Source: a virus
Lineage: Duplodnaviria > Caudoviricetes
Virus record (IMG/VR): IMGVR_UViG_3300017903_002946
Location: 1 to 64,000 of that record
Strand: one strand, 5' to 3'
DNA length: 64,000 nucleotides
Below the pieces are notes generated by a model. That model was not told the origin of the DNA. It was given only the letters and a program-made list of their open reading frames with translations, and made no database searches. The translations under genes and the position numbers were made by a program. This document shows, in pieces, positions 30,048 through 39,430 of this stretch (positions are counted from its first letter, which is position 1; each line of letters starts with the position of its first letter).

Positions 30048-31580
30048 TTACTTTGTTAAATATTGGCCAGTTGCAATAAAGTTTTTCAAAAACTCTTGTG
30101 CGTTTTCAGCCTCTTCAGATTTATCTAATACTTCATTTAAAGTATTAATAGGAATTGGATTCTGTAATGTTGATCCATTTATTGATTCAACAACGCCTGG
30201 TGCATCTGGCTTGTCAAACCCTTCTGCTGTTTTATCCAGAATTTTTGGAGTTCCGTCAGTATTAAACGCTTTTTTCAAATACTCTTTTTGCGCCAAAGCG
30301 GGGTTAGCTTCAGCCCATAATTGGAGTGCTGTTTTTCCTGTATTCTTATACTCTGGTCCATCAGCATACATTGCTTGGATCTGATCCATATTATTAATGC
30401 CCGCATTAAACGCGGTTTTGAATTGTTCAGTTGCGTTTGGATCTAATTTTGGTCCACTGTCCGTAGGAGTAGGAGTAGGAGTAGGAGTAGGAGTAGGAGG
30501 CGCAATATTTTGTGTATTTAAAGGTATGTAAGCAGGTGCTTTAGAATCAATTGATTGAGATTGAGCTGCGTTGCCGCCTCCTGCATATTGCTTTCTTAAT
30601 GCTGCTATTTCTGCTGCATGATAGCCAGTGTCATATCGTTTTCCGTTTATTTCAATGACTGTGCCTGACGCTTTAGGTCGTTGAGATGCTGGAGATTGAT
30701 TTAAGGGTTTGCCAGTTTCTGCGGATTTACCGGTTCTTGTCTCGTAATCTTGCATTGCTCGTTCATAAGCCTCTGGACTTTTATATCCCAATCGTTTCCA
30801 TTTTGTTGTTCTATCTTCAGAGCCAGTCAAATTCAGCGCTAGGCCTGTCAACACTGGAGCGGCTACATAGGAGGCGGCTTCTAATCTTTCACCTAGATGG
30901 GCACCTGGGCGCACAACATTGTAGATATTTAATGCTTTTATAGTATTGCCAAGTAAGTTTTTGCCTAAAGCTTTTGCTAATGGCGGTTTAGCCTTTGGTT
31001 TAGGTGTACTTACAATTGCTGATACGTTGTTTGGCTTAGGTGTGGCTCCTGGATTGCCGTAACCACCGGGATTACCTGGCGTAGGAATACCTCCTCTTTC
31101 AATGTTTACTCTGGCTCCGCCCGGACGAGCACCACTTCCGCCTTGATATCCTGGGTTTTTTGTCAATCCCCCGCCTTTACTGGCAGGATTGCCCGTGTTT
31201 GTAGACGTCGGGGCGCTCTGTCTCACCAGATCTCCACGACTGTTAGCCCGTGCTAATGCTGAACTACGGCTAGATGAACTGGGGGGTGGAGAAGCAGAGC
31301 TAGGTGTAACCTTAGGCGTTGACTGTGAGTTTTCGCTAATCAATTTTAAGAGATTGTTTCTTGATTGAGTTATACCTTTTGAAGAGCCTTTACCTATATA
31401 GCCGTAGCCCTTTTGCAGCTCGTTACGTGCAGCATCTGTGATTAAAGCATTAGTTCGCGTTACGTCTACCTTTCCAGATTGAAGAATGCTTTTTAGTTGC
31501 TTTAATTGACTTTCATCTAATCCAAATTTACTGTATTGCCGCATCATAGTCTCGATGCGTTCCGGGCGGAAATTTGTCAT
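30048..31580 (-). CDS. Large low-complexity virion-module protein (510 aa)
   Basis: Ser/Pro/Gly-rich with a PT tandem tract (GTAGGA repeats near 30463-30498); TAAAAT box at 31602-31607. Confidence 0.55.
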   Translation of the reverse strand: MTNFRPERIETMMRQYSKFGLDESQLKQLKSILQSGKVDVTRTNALITDAARNELQKGYGYIGKGSSKGITQSRNNLLKLISENSQSTPKVTPSSASPPPSSSSRSSALARANSRGDLVRQSAPTSTNTGNPASKGGGLTKNPGYQGGSGARPGGARVNIERGGIPTPGNPGGYGNPGATPKPNNVSAIVSTPKPKAKPPLAKALGKNLLGNTIKALNIYNVVRPGAHLGERLEAASYVAAPVLTGLALNLTGSEDRTTKWKRLGYKSPEAYERAMQDYETRTGKSAETGKPLNQSPASQRPKASGTVIEINGKRYDTGYHAAEIAALRKQYAGGGNAAQSQSIDSKAPAYIPLNTQNIAPPTPTPTPTPTPTDSGPKLDPNATEQFKTAFNAGINNMDQIQAMYADGPEYKNTGKTALQLWAEANPALAQKEYLKKAFNTDGTPKILDKTAEGFDKPDAPGVVESINGSTLQNPIPINTLNEVLDKSEEAENAQEFLKNFIATGQYLTK

Positions 31581-31619
31581 TACGAATTTACACTTTTTCT
31601 CATTTTATCGAAACTGCAA

Positions 31620-31740
31620 AAGCTACGCTAACTACGCTGCTTTCTAATATTGTTTATTTGAAAAAGATAGAGAAGCAGGTAGCGAGTGAATTAAAAAGTA
31701 GATATATCAAAAACTAGCGTATTTTGCGTAGTTTGTAGTT
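31620..31740. repeat. Copy 1 of a ~120-bp dispersed non-coding repeat with internal inverted arms
   Basis: AAGCTACGCTAACTACGCT at 31620-31638 is identical to 40756-40774; right arm GCGTATTTTGCGTAGTTTGTAG; AT-rich spacer aligns with copy 2. Confidence 0.85.
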
Positions 31741-32309
31741 TGATTCCAAATCAGCAGCACATTACTGCTTGTTTATTTTGTGTTAATTAACACAAACACA
31801 GCCATATATAGTATGTACCATAAAATATCGTAGATATACCCAAATATTTTGGGATACGAGTCGTTGTTTTTAGTAAGGCACAAAAAAACGCTCTATAGGT
31901 TCCTAAAAATGCTACAAAATTTTTGACACGTCTAATCCCTGTTGTACCCGCCTACCCGGTGGAACAAAAAAAATACACTGAAGTTTTACTTGTGATTTAC
32001 TTTTGTTCTAACAACAGATTCAAACTCAAGTTTCAATTCATAAGTTTACTTAAGTGTTTCCACATGTTAGTTGCTTATGTTGTAACAGTTGAGTTTCTAC
32101 ACAAGTTGCAATCGTCTAACTCAAGTCTTACTTTCGTTTAGATCAGATGTTGCAACGTATGTGTAATCATTGATGTCACATGTATCTTGCGCCTACTGCA
32201 TCACTGATGCGTAACGTATACGTGTAGTCATCAATCATCAATTCAATTGTAGAACACACTTCACGTCTATCGACGTGTTTAGTTAGTTGTGTTCTTTATA
32301 TATTTCACT

Positions 32310-32480
32310 ATGTTCAATCCTTATGTCACGCAGATTGCTGCTCAAACTGGCATGACTGAATACGAAGTGAACCGTGTTGCACGCAGGTCTCCAATCACAT
32401 TGGAATATGCACAATCACGTGGCTTCGATTCAGTTGCTGAGTACGAGGAAGCACTGCACGAGTTTCTCAACTCAAACTGA
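32310..32480 (+). CDS. Small early protein
   Basis: ATG 32310 after the first hairpin element; 56 aa. Confidence 0.65.
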   Translation: MFNPYVTQIAAQTGMTEYEVNRVARRSPITLEYAQSRGFDSVAEYEEALHEFLNSN

Positions 32481-32539
32481 ACACATGAGAGCCCGCCTAT
32501 CGGCGGGTTTAGTTCATTGTGCTCTTATTGCATAATCAC

Positions 32540-32665
32540 ATGCGTTTGCAAGTTTTGATTCAACAGCATCGTGCTCCTAGAACTAGGTTCACTGTGAAGA
32601 TCAATGATCAGCATCGTGCTTTTAATACTTTTGCTGAAGTGAAGGATTTCCTTCTGTCTCAGTAA
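32540..32665 (+). CDS. Small early protein (41 aa)
   Basis: MRLQVLIQQHRAPRTRFTVKINDQHRAFNTFAEVKDFLLSQ, lies between two hairpin elements. Confidence 0.55.
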   Translation: MRLQVLIQQHRAPRTRFTVKINDQHRAFNTFAEVKDFLLSQ

Positions 32666-32725
32666 TAAACACTGGAGCCCGTCTATCGACGGGTTTCATA
32701 CTCCGTGTTCTTTATATACCTTCCA

Positions 32726-32953
32726 ATGATTCCAGGTATGTGTCGTGTCTGGTTCCGTTTACGTGAACCTGACCCTTCCAATGAATGGAGCAACTGTTGG
32801 CAAGATATGCCATATGCTCCACGTAGTTACAACGATTGTGAAGACCTCGTTGATTACTACCAAAGTGAGTGGGGTAACTTATACAGCTATTGCATTCGCA
32901 GTGCTGCATGGGGTGCTTCCCCTTCACCAACTATGCCAGGTTGTCCTGGCTGA
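32726..32953 (+). CDS. Small early Trp/Cys/Tyr-rich protein
   Basis: ATG 32726; bounded by hairpin elements. Confidence 0.6.
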   Translation: MIPGMCRVWFRLREPDPSNEWSNCWQDMPYAPRSYNDCEDLVDYYQSEWGNLYSYCIRSAAWGASPSPTMPGCPG

Positions 32954-33016
32954 ACACACAAGGGCGTCAATCGACGCCTTTATTTGTTTGTGTTCTTTTG
33001 ATACTTAAGTATCTAC

Positions 33017-33340
33017 ATGCGTAAACTCGCTACTCTTACCAAGATGACTGCCAAAGGTCTGTCAACTTGGACATTCGCTCAGTGCGATGGTGTATATCTC
33101 GCATACGGTGGTATTACCAACCGTTGCCGAGTATTCCGCTCATACGCACAGCTTCAGGACTGCATGGTGAACTATGCATCCTATGGTTACGATTTGGAGC
33201 GTCACACGGCTAAACGCCGTTGGGACAAACCAACTCCAAAACCTGTAAAGAGTGTTGCTTCTATCCAGCAGGAACTTCCCCTGTATGAAGACACTCAAGC
33301 ACCACGTCCTGCTGAGGATACTGTGGTTGCTCTCTATTGA
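33017..33340 (+). CDS. Early hypothetical protein
   Basis: 107 aa, bounded by hairpin elements. Confidence 0.65.
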   Translation: MRKLATLTKMTAKGLSTWTFAQCDGVYLAYGGITNRCRVFRSYAQLQDCMVNYASYGYDLERHTAKRRWDKPTPKPVKSVASIQQELPLYEDTQAPRPAEDTVVALY

Positions 33341-33420
33341 ACATCTTGCGATACGGCGCTTATCAGCGCCTTTCTCGCTTTTTGCCCGATTAGGGCTTAT
33401 TCATTTATTCGTAATTACTT

Positions 33421-33669
33421 ATGCGTTTCAAAGTCCCTGGTCAAGATATCAACGTTCGCCTCTTCGAGCGCGTTGAGACTGTTGACAATCAGTACGACAT
33501 CTTTGATGTTGGCATTGAACAAGCAGATGGTTCTATCGACAGCATGGTTGTCGGTGGTTCCTTCTCTTATGCCAAGTCCCTTGTCAAAGCTATGGACACT
33601 AAGGCTGAAGAAGCTAAGGCTGCAAAAGCAGCTGAAGCTAATGAGCCTGAACTATCTGCAGTTGCTTGA
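33421..33669 (+). CDS. Early hypothetical protein
   Basis: 82 aa, followed by hairpin 33677. Confidence 0.65.
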   Translation: MRFKVPGQDINVRLFERVETVDNQYDIFDVGIEQADGSIDSMVVGGSFSYAKSLVKAMDTKAEEAKAAKAAEANEPELSAVA

Positions 33670-33707
33670 CGCCTATGCGCCCTATCGGGCGCTTTATTTT
33701 TCGTTTT

Positions 33708-34145
33708 CTATCTATAGAATGCAGGAACGTTTCCTGGCTTTACTCCTTCGAAAAAGTTAGGAAACTTAGCCTTACTGGCTTCCATGTTATAACCAGCGGG
33801 AGCTGGAATACCTCCTTGAACAGGTGGCATCATCCCACGTATTTGATTTTGTTCTACTTCATGAGTCATTCCATAGTCTCGTCTGGGATCGCCAGGAGCC
33901 AATTCATTTCCGTAAAGTCCAATAGGCTGGATCGTTGCATCATCTGCAACTCCAGGAATATCCATTTGAACCCTACGGTTCAAACCCTGTTTAGGACCTT
34001 CAAGTATTGGCATAAGAACATTGGCAGCAAGTTCTGGACCTTCAAGTATTGGCATACGAACATTGGCACCAAGTTCTGGACCTTGTCCACTTGTTCCTAA
34101 GTTATTGGCCATGTATGCCTGAAGGAAGTCGTTTGCTTGCATCAT
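33708..34145 (-). CDS. Late-type hypothetical protein with a 14-aa tandem repeat
   Basis: GPELxANVxMPILE twice (42-nt unit, 33994-34083); TACAAT box at 34165-34170; ATG 34145 preferred. Confidence 0.6.
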   Translation of the reverse strand: MMQANDFLQAYMANNLGTSGQGPELGANVRMPILEGPELAANVLMPILEGPKQGLNRRVQMDIPGVADDATIQPIGLYGNELAPGDPRRDYGMTHEVEQNQIRGMMPPVQGGIPAPAGYNMEASKAKFPNFFEGVKPGNVPAFYR

Positions 34146-34174
34146 TCTATATCGCAATATTTATATTGTATCTA

Positions 34175-34555
34175 TCACCTAAGTAAGATCTGTCCAGGCT
34201 CTTGTTGATCTGCTGGACCACCAAAGCTTGCGGCTAGATCTATTAGTCCTTTACCTGCGAGGGTTACACCTGCTGCGGGAAGGACGTACTTAGGCACAGC
34301 ATTAGCTGCAGGAAGTGCATACTCCATAGCATTCCGTGCTCCCCTCTGCATCTTTGTCTCAGGACCATAAACAAGATGCTCTACTTCACCTTTACGTAAG
34401 GACGGGTGTCCGCCTCCTGCTATTACAGCAGCAGTTCTTACAGCTGGATTACTACCCTCGTACATTTTGTTGATACGAGCGGTGTACGCATCGTCTACTC
34501 CACGAGCTCTTTCAAGTAATCCGCTTAAGAATTCACCGGCCTTACGTTTATCCAT
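34175..34555 (-). CDS. Late-type hypothetical protein (RKAGEF motif)
   Basis: 126 aa; TACAAT box at 34580-34585. Confidence 0.6.
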   Translation of the reverse strand: MDKRKAGEFLSGLLERARGVDDAYTARINKMYEGSNPAVRTAAVIAGGGHPSLRKGEVEHLVYGPETKMQRGARNAMEYALPAANAVPKYVLPAAGVTLAGKGLIDLAASFGGPADQQEPGQILLR

Positions 34556-34729
34556 AACTTACATTGTTTCTTTAACCACATTGTATCTACAATGGCGGGT
34601 TAAGAACTGGTAAAATTGAATTGATGCTATATACCTTTTATGGCAAATACCTACGTCATCTTTTTATCTATGTGGGCTATAGCCTCACTTGGATTGTTAT
34701 TCAAAGTATTGTATTTCTAACATAAACTT

Positions 34730-34882
34730 ATGACTAAAGCTCATAAATATACTCAACTGTTGCGAAAAGCTCAACTTGCGACTACTAGAGAAGATGCTAT
34801 CAAGATACTCGAAAAAGCTTGTAAATTAGAGCTTATTGAGAACGAATATCAATTAAATGCATTTCAGATAGCTTGTAAATAA
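34730..34882 (+). CDS. Small hypothetical protein (50 aa)
   Basis: MTKAHKYTQLLRKAQLATTREDAIKILEKACK... Confidence 0.45.
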   Translation: MTKAHKYTQLLRKAQLATTREDAIKILEKACKLELIENEYQLNAFQIACK

Positions 34883-34974
34883 TCGGCATTTACTACTACA
34901 TTTACCGTATATACCGATTGCTCTATTAGATACTTACTTAGTAAATTAATAGGGCCGGTATATATAAACGAGCA

Positions 34975-35208
34975 ATGAGCTTTTTAAATTTGTACGACAT
35001 TCAATCCTCATTTGATCCTTGGATTAGATATCAACGTCCATCTGTATATGTCATCTCTGACTCTCAATTGGCCGCTTATAAACGTGAACAAACACAGTCA
35101 GAAATTAACGAACTGAACAAGTTAATTGATAGCCATAAAGCTTCAATTGAACGATTGGAAGCACATGTTTCTGATTTGCAGAAACAACTTGAGCCAACTA
35201 AAGATTAA
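34975..35208 (+). CDS. Small coiled-coil protein
   Basis: 77 aa with heptad C-half; followed by hairpin 35215. Confidence 0.6.
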   Translation: MSFLNLYDIQSSFDPWIRYQRPSVYVISDSQLAAYKREQTQSEINELNKLIDSHKASIERLEAHVSDLQKQLEPTKD

Positions 35209-35264
35209 AGCAATGCCGCATAACTGCGGCTTTCTGAATATTTGAATTAATTCAGAAATCACAC

Positions 35265-35390
35265 ATGATTGTCTTTGATCAACAAACTATCATTCTGGCT
35301 ATCATCGGAATGATTGGTTTGCTTTCTACAGCCATCGTTTTATCTACTGCATTCAAGCGTAACCGTACTGGTTCCGGTAAATGGCAATAA
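35265..35390 (+). CDS. Small single-pass membrane peptide (41 aa)
   Basis: TIILAIIGMIGLLSTAIVLSTAF hydrophobic span followed by KRNR. Confidence 0.5.
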   Translation: MIVFDQQTIILAIIGMIGLLSTAIVLSTAFKRNRTGSGKWQ

Positions 35391-35503
35391 CACCTAACTG
35401 GCAAAAGCACAGCAAGAAAGAGGTTAAGTGCAAACTTAAACCTCAAGCTTTGCGTGCACGTAAGGCTGCATTGAAAGCATTTAAACGAAAGTATGCCGCT
35501 TAA
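35381..35503 (+). CDS. Small basic cyanophage protein (40 aa)
   Basis: MAITPNWQKHSKKEVKCKLKPQALRARKAALKAFKRKYAA; stop codon lies in the loop of hairpin 35495. Confidence 0.6.
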   Translation: MAITPNWQKHSKKEVKCKLKPQALRARKAALKAFKRKYAA

Positions 35504-35540
35504 CAGCGGCTTTTTTTGTATTGTCCTTTGACTAATAGTC

Positions 35541-35783
35541 ATGACTTTAATTTCCACCAAAGACATTCTTGCTGAGATGCCTTTGCCAAAAGCTATCGAA
35601 AAGAACGTGGATAGCGACTTTAAGTCTTTTCCTCCTGTTGATGACACTATTGTCTGGATCAAGCAGGTGGATTGGAATGAAGTTGGTATGCGCTGCAAAG
35701 GTGGCCTCAATAATGTGGGGCTTGTCCTTGCTGTGACTGGTGAAAAACTCTATGACTTTGGTTGTTGGTTAGCCAAAGTTTGA
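35541..35783 (+). CDS. Early hypothetical protein
   Basis: 80 aa between hairpins. Confidence 0.6.
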   Translation: MTLISTKDILAEMPLPKAIEKNVDSDFKSFPPVDDTIVWIKQVDWNEVGMRCKGGLNNVGLVLAVTGEKLYDFGCWLAKV

Positions 35784-35835
35784 AACTTTAGGCGCTTAAC
35801 AGCGCCTTTTCTTTCTTGTACTCTTTGAAGATTAC

Positions 35836-36354
35836 ATGAAAGGTATAGCTCAATCCCACTTTGTCGGTATTCAGCGTGTACAACCGCACAAGTCGCGGAT
35901 TGTGCATGCGTTTGACTTGGACGACACTATTACTCAAAAGCCTGATGGCTTTGATAACCGTGGTATGTCCAAAAATGATTTCTTTGATGCATCCAGAGCA
36001 TTCGGTCCTGATGACCGCATTGTGGATTTATTACGGATGATGCATCAATGGGGTGATTCAATTGCCATCTGTACGGCTCGTCCGTCCGATAGGCTTACTG
36101 AATCCTACAACTGGCTTCGCAAGTGGAACATCCCATTTGATGTCATCCTTGTGTCTACTGGCGTAGATAGCAGCGGTAATACAAAGCAGCACATGCTGAA
36201 GTATCTCCGCAAAAGCTATCGGATGGTGGGTACTCTCATTGATGACAGTCCCTACAACATAGAAGGCGCTCGCCTACAACGGATTAAACGCATCCATGTA
36301 CTCAAGAACTGCGAGTACTGGGATGCACATCCAGAAGTGGTGGTCAAGGTTTGA
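35836..36354 (+). CDS. HAD-superfamily phosphatase (PNKP phosphatase / nucleotidase-like)
   Basis: Motif I AFDLDDTI, motif II CTARP, motif IV LIDDSPYNI. Confidence 0.8.
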   Translation: MKGIAQSHFVGIQRVQPHKSRIVHAFDLDDTITQKPDGFDNRGMSKNDFFDASRAFGPDDRIVDLLRMMHQWGDSIAICTARPSDRLTESYNWLRKWNIPFDVILVSTGVDSSGNTKQHMLKYLRKSYRMVGTLIDDSPYNIEGARLQRIKRIHVLKNCEYWDAHPEVVVKV

Positions 36355-36468
36355 TGAAGCTACTTCTCTATATATTCCTTGCTCTCTACTTCAATGCAGA
36401 TGCAAGATCTATCGGCTTATGCCTTCTACCACCTTTGTCTAGTACAGAGACAACTGATATTTGCTTTG

Positions 36469-36648
36469 ATGAGCAATAGCCGCCGATTGGCGGCTTTAGT
36501 TTCTTGTGTCCAGTACATGATCACAATGACAGACCTTCAAGTACGTGCAGCAAAGCGCACTCGCGAAGAGTATCTCCGTCAAACCAAAGAGATGATGAGA
36601 GATCTTCTTTACCTTCGTAAAGCAGGTAAAACAGCCGTGATTGGTTGA
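36469..36648 (+). CDS. Small hypothetical protein
   Basis: C-terminal part of track ORF 36379-36648; true start uncertain (36469 or later). Confidence 0.45.
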   Translation: MSNSRRLAALVSCVQYMITMTDLQVRAAKRTREEYLRQTKEMMRDLLYLRKAGKTAVIG

Positions 36649-36708
36649 AAACACACAAGGGCGCTTAACTGCGCCTTTCTTTTTTAATGTTCTTTTTCTG
36701 AATGCTTA

Positions 36709-36918
36709 ATGGCAATCACCTATGACTTCCAGATTGTTGCTAGCAACATTCCAGGACTTAAGAAGGTGGTTCCTCAGAACGAAGATGCGTTCTGCTATCT
36801 CGTAGATGAAACCGAATACACCATCTTCTCAGATGGTTCTACCGCTCTATTTAACGAGCGTATTGATGACTTCATCTCCGATGCAGGCCACGCACATATG
36901 TGCTGCAATATCGCTTGA
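36709..36918 (+). CDS. Small early protein
   Basis: 69 aa between hairpins 36660 and 36932. Confidence 0.6.
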   Translation: MAITYDFQIVASNIPGLKKVVPQNEDAFCYLVDETEYTIFSDGSTALFNERIDDFISDAGHAHMCCNIA

Positions 36919-36977
36919 GTTAACCACTTTTCCCGCTTAGCAGCGGGTTTCGTTCTTTTTGTAAATTCGAGATCTAT

Positions 36978-37355
36978 ATGACTCAATCATTCAACATTCC
37001 CGACAGCATCTCACCGGAGGTGCTTCAAAAGCACCTTAAAAATGCAGTAGTCGATGAACCTATCAATGATTTGCCTGAAGATCTTTTTGATCAAGCAGAG
37101 CATTGGGTACAGCAAGCTTCATCCAACTCGGACAACCCCATGATTGTCCATAAGTTGATGATTATTGCTATCGTCGATCGCATGATTCAGTTCCACGAAG
37201 GTATTGCTGAACGTATGGATGAAAAGGGTGATGGGAGACAAGCTGGAGTTTGGCTCAAAGATGCTGGTAAGTTCCAGGCCATTATGAACATTCTTCAGAC
37301 GATCGAATGTGGCCCTGATGACCCTATTTGTACTTCTTGTAGTGGTCACCACTAA
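36978..37355 (+). CDS. Early hypothetical protein
   Basis: 125 aa, Cys/His-rich C-terminus. Confidence 0.6.
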   Translation: MTQSFNIPDSISPEVLQKHLKNAVVDEPINDLPEDLFDQAEHWVQQASSNSDNPMIVHKLMIIAIVDRMIQFHEGIAERMDEKGDGRQAGVWLKDAGKFQAIMNILQTIECGPDDPICTSCSGHH

Positions 37356-37412
37356 ACACTTTGCCGCTTAACAGCGGCTTTCTTTTTTTATGTTCTTTAT
37401 CAAAGTTTCACT

Positions 37413-37895
37413 TTGACTAACACTCAAACTCGCTACGCTCAGTTCAACGCTCTCACCGTCACTGGACGTATTTTCAACGCTGAGATCGTGACGCAAGCTG
37501 ACGGCAGCCAGTTTTTGGCTGTATCCGTTATCAGCACTGCTACCACTGATGGCGCAGACTTGGTGTATAACTTCACCAACAACAACGGCCTTATGGGCCT
37601 TCACGAGAAGGGCTATTTCGGTAAGGGCCGTCAGGTGACTATCACTGGTCACATCAAAAATGTCAGTGAGGTCTACACCGACAAGTCTGGCCAAGTGCGT
37701 ATGCGCAAGCGTCCCGAGATCAGCCTCATTGGAGTGACTGTTCTTGACGGTGGCCTTGGACCTATGCCTAAAGTTGAGAACAACGTACGTTCTGTTGCAG
37801 GCTCTGTTGTCACTCAAGTTGGCACTCCTGCTATTGATGACACTCCTGACTACAGTTCAGAGGCAGAGCAACAGGAAGAGGTTGCTCTTTATTGA
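37413..37895 (+). CDS. OB-fold single-stranded DNA-binding protein-like
   Basis: LTVTGRI...GRQVTITGHI...Y.DKSG pattern and acidic tail; strong codon bias. Confidence 0.55.
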   Translation: MTNTQTRYAQFNALTVTGRIFNAEIVTQADGSQFLAVSVISTATTDGADLVYNFTNNNGLMGLHEKGYFGKGRQVTITGHIKNVSEVYTDKSGQVRMRKRPEISLIGVTVLDGGLGPMPKVENNVRSVAGSVVTQVGTPAIDDTPDYSSEAEQQEEVALY

Positions 37896-37992
37896 ATAAA
37901 TTCCTGGCCGTGTATCCCACGGCTGGGATTTTTCTTTTTTCAAACTATAAACATTAATCAGAACCACGCAGCAGGATTATAAGTAGCAAGCT

Positions 37993-39078
37993 TTAAGCAA
38001 ATCTGTTGCTCATTAGCTTGTTATATGCAAGACCCAGCTTCTCCATAGCCTTTTCTGTACCTGGACGTCTGACAACAGTGACTATTCCAGTCTTATCCCG
38101 TCCTTGTAAACCTTGTTTAAACAGCTCACGTTCTTTTCGTGCAGCAGCATTACGTGCATCCATTGCTTCACGGCTAGATCTGATTTGATCAGTACCAATA
38201 ACATTGGCTGCTGCTTGAACAGCATTTGTTGTACCGTAAGCAGCATTTGTCGCTGCATTTACGTGAGATGGGTTAGTTAACTTGTTATGCCATGCAGCAA
38301 CGGTACTACCACGACCAGTCGGGTGGTACATCGTACTTTTCAAGTCTTTAGCACTGACATTAAGAGCAGCATCTGCTGACAATATTGTCGCTAACTCTTT
38401 TAAAAATGGTAGATCTACTTCACCTGCAAAACGAGACATTCGCAATTGCGGCGTTACTTGATCAACTAACGAATGAATAGCATCAGCATTACTAGTCCCA
38501 GGCAAAATAATATGTGCACCATGAGCACCTTCACCTTTGAAGAACTGACGATTAATCGGATCAAAGTGGGCAATGTTATGAGCTGGCGCAGAAAGAGGTA
38601 TCAATCCGCTGTATGCCTGACTAGTAATGGGCAATTCCTTGCCAGCACCATATAACGTGTCACCCCAGTTTTCATATGACTGATTACCTGTAATAGTAGC
38701 AACTGACCCAGCAGGCACACCATGATGAATTTCACCTCCATGCCAACCCCTAATCATATTCATCTCAGATGCAGTCTTATTTAAAGGGCCACGAACCAAA
38801 CTAAGTGCCGTCTCAAACGGTACGTCCTTTAATTCAGGATTCTCCTTATACAACTGCTGGACTTTATTTAACACAGGTTCAAACAAAGCAGTAGATTCAG
38901 CATTCAATAAGTTGTTTGCTCTACTAATATCTTGACGAATTCGTGGGTTTAATGACCTGCCATCAGACATTAGCTTCGATGCAAGTACGTTGTACAACAT
39001 CACCTTTGACTGATAGTTAGGGTCGTTTGTAATTAACTTGTGATTAATAGCCTTATTACCTTGCCAAAGTTTTCCCAC
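37993..39078 (-). CDS. Hypothetical protein (361 aa)
   Basis: Long open frame antisense to the early genes; His-rich central part. Confidence 0.6.
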   Translation of the reverse strand: MGKLWQGNKAINHKLITNDPNYQSKVMLYNVLASKLMSDGRSLNPRIRQDISRANNLLNAESTALFEPVLNKVQQLYKENPELKDVPFETALSLVRGPLNKTASEMNMIRGWHGGEIHHGVPAGSVATITGNQSYENWGDTLYGAGKELPITSQAYSGLIPLSAPAHNIAHFDPINRQFFKGEGAHGAHIILPGTSNADAIHSLVDQVTPQLRMSRFAGEVDLPFLKELATILSADAALNVSAKDLKSTMYHPTGRGSTVAAWHNKLTNPSHVNAATNAAYGTTNAVQAAANVIGTDQIRSSREAMDARNAAARKERELFKQGLQGRDKTGIVTVVRRPGTEKAMEKLGLAYNKLMSNRFA

Positions 39079-39198
39079 TCATATACATACCTATGTTTAT
39101 TTAATTCGCATAAGTATCAACATCTACTATTTGATTGTATAAACTTTTGGGACGCTAATTAGCGTCTCTCGTTATTAACGTCCTTTCAACTATTTCTT

Positions 39199-39426
39199 AT
39201 GGACACGCAAATGGTTTTGATTGCTAAATCACAAGTTGAACAACTTCTTGTGCAACTTCAACGAGCAGAAGGATATTGTTTGAAGGCTCGTCCTGTTAGT
39301 TTTCCTATGTCTCGTGAAGATTTATTTGCAGAACCAACTGAGTTTTACTCAGGTGCATCTGGATATGCTCGGTCTACAATGCGTCAGGTAATTGACACTC
39401 TTGAATCACATCTTCAAGATGTTTGA
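39199..39426 (+). CDS. Small hypothetical protein
   Basis: 75 aa after a GACGCT-AATT-AGCGTC hairpin (39151-39166). Confidence 0.55.
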   Translation: MDTQMVLIAKSQVEQLLVQLQRAEGYCLKARPVSFPMSREDLFAEPTEFYSGASGYARSTMRQVIDTLESHLQDV

Positions 39427-39430
39427 GCTA

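Larger units (their letters stand above)
32262..37927 (+). repeat. Array of intergenic GC hairpins (6-bp stem, TANC-type loop, T-run) between early genes
   Basis: Copies start at 32262, 32492, 32678, 32963, 33355, 33677, 35215, 35495, 35791, 36660, 36932 and 37363; variants at 36478 and 37907; stems co-vary while the loop is conserved. Confidence 0.9.

Noticed and set aside
30463-30498. GTAGGA hexamer tandem and the Gly run near 1810-1836
   Set aside because: Ordinary Pro-Thr and Gly linkers within coding sequence
4853-34166. T4 late promoter TATAAATA on the minus strand near 4855, 15224 and 34158
   Set aside because: Only about three cases, each overlapping the more general TAVAAT box; no gp55/gp33 seen and the encoded sigma is sigma70-type
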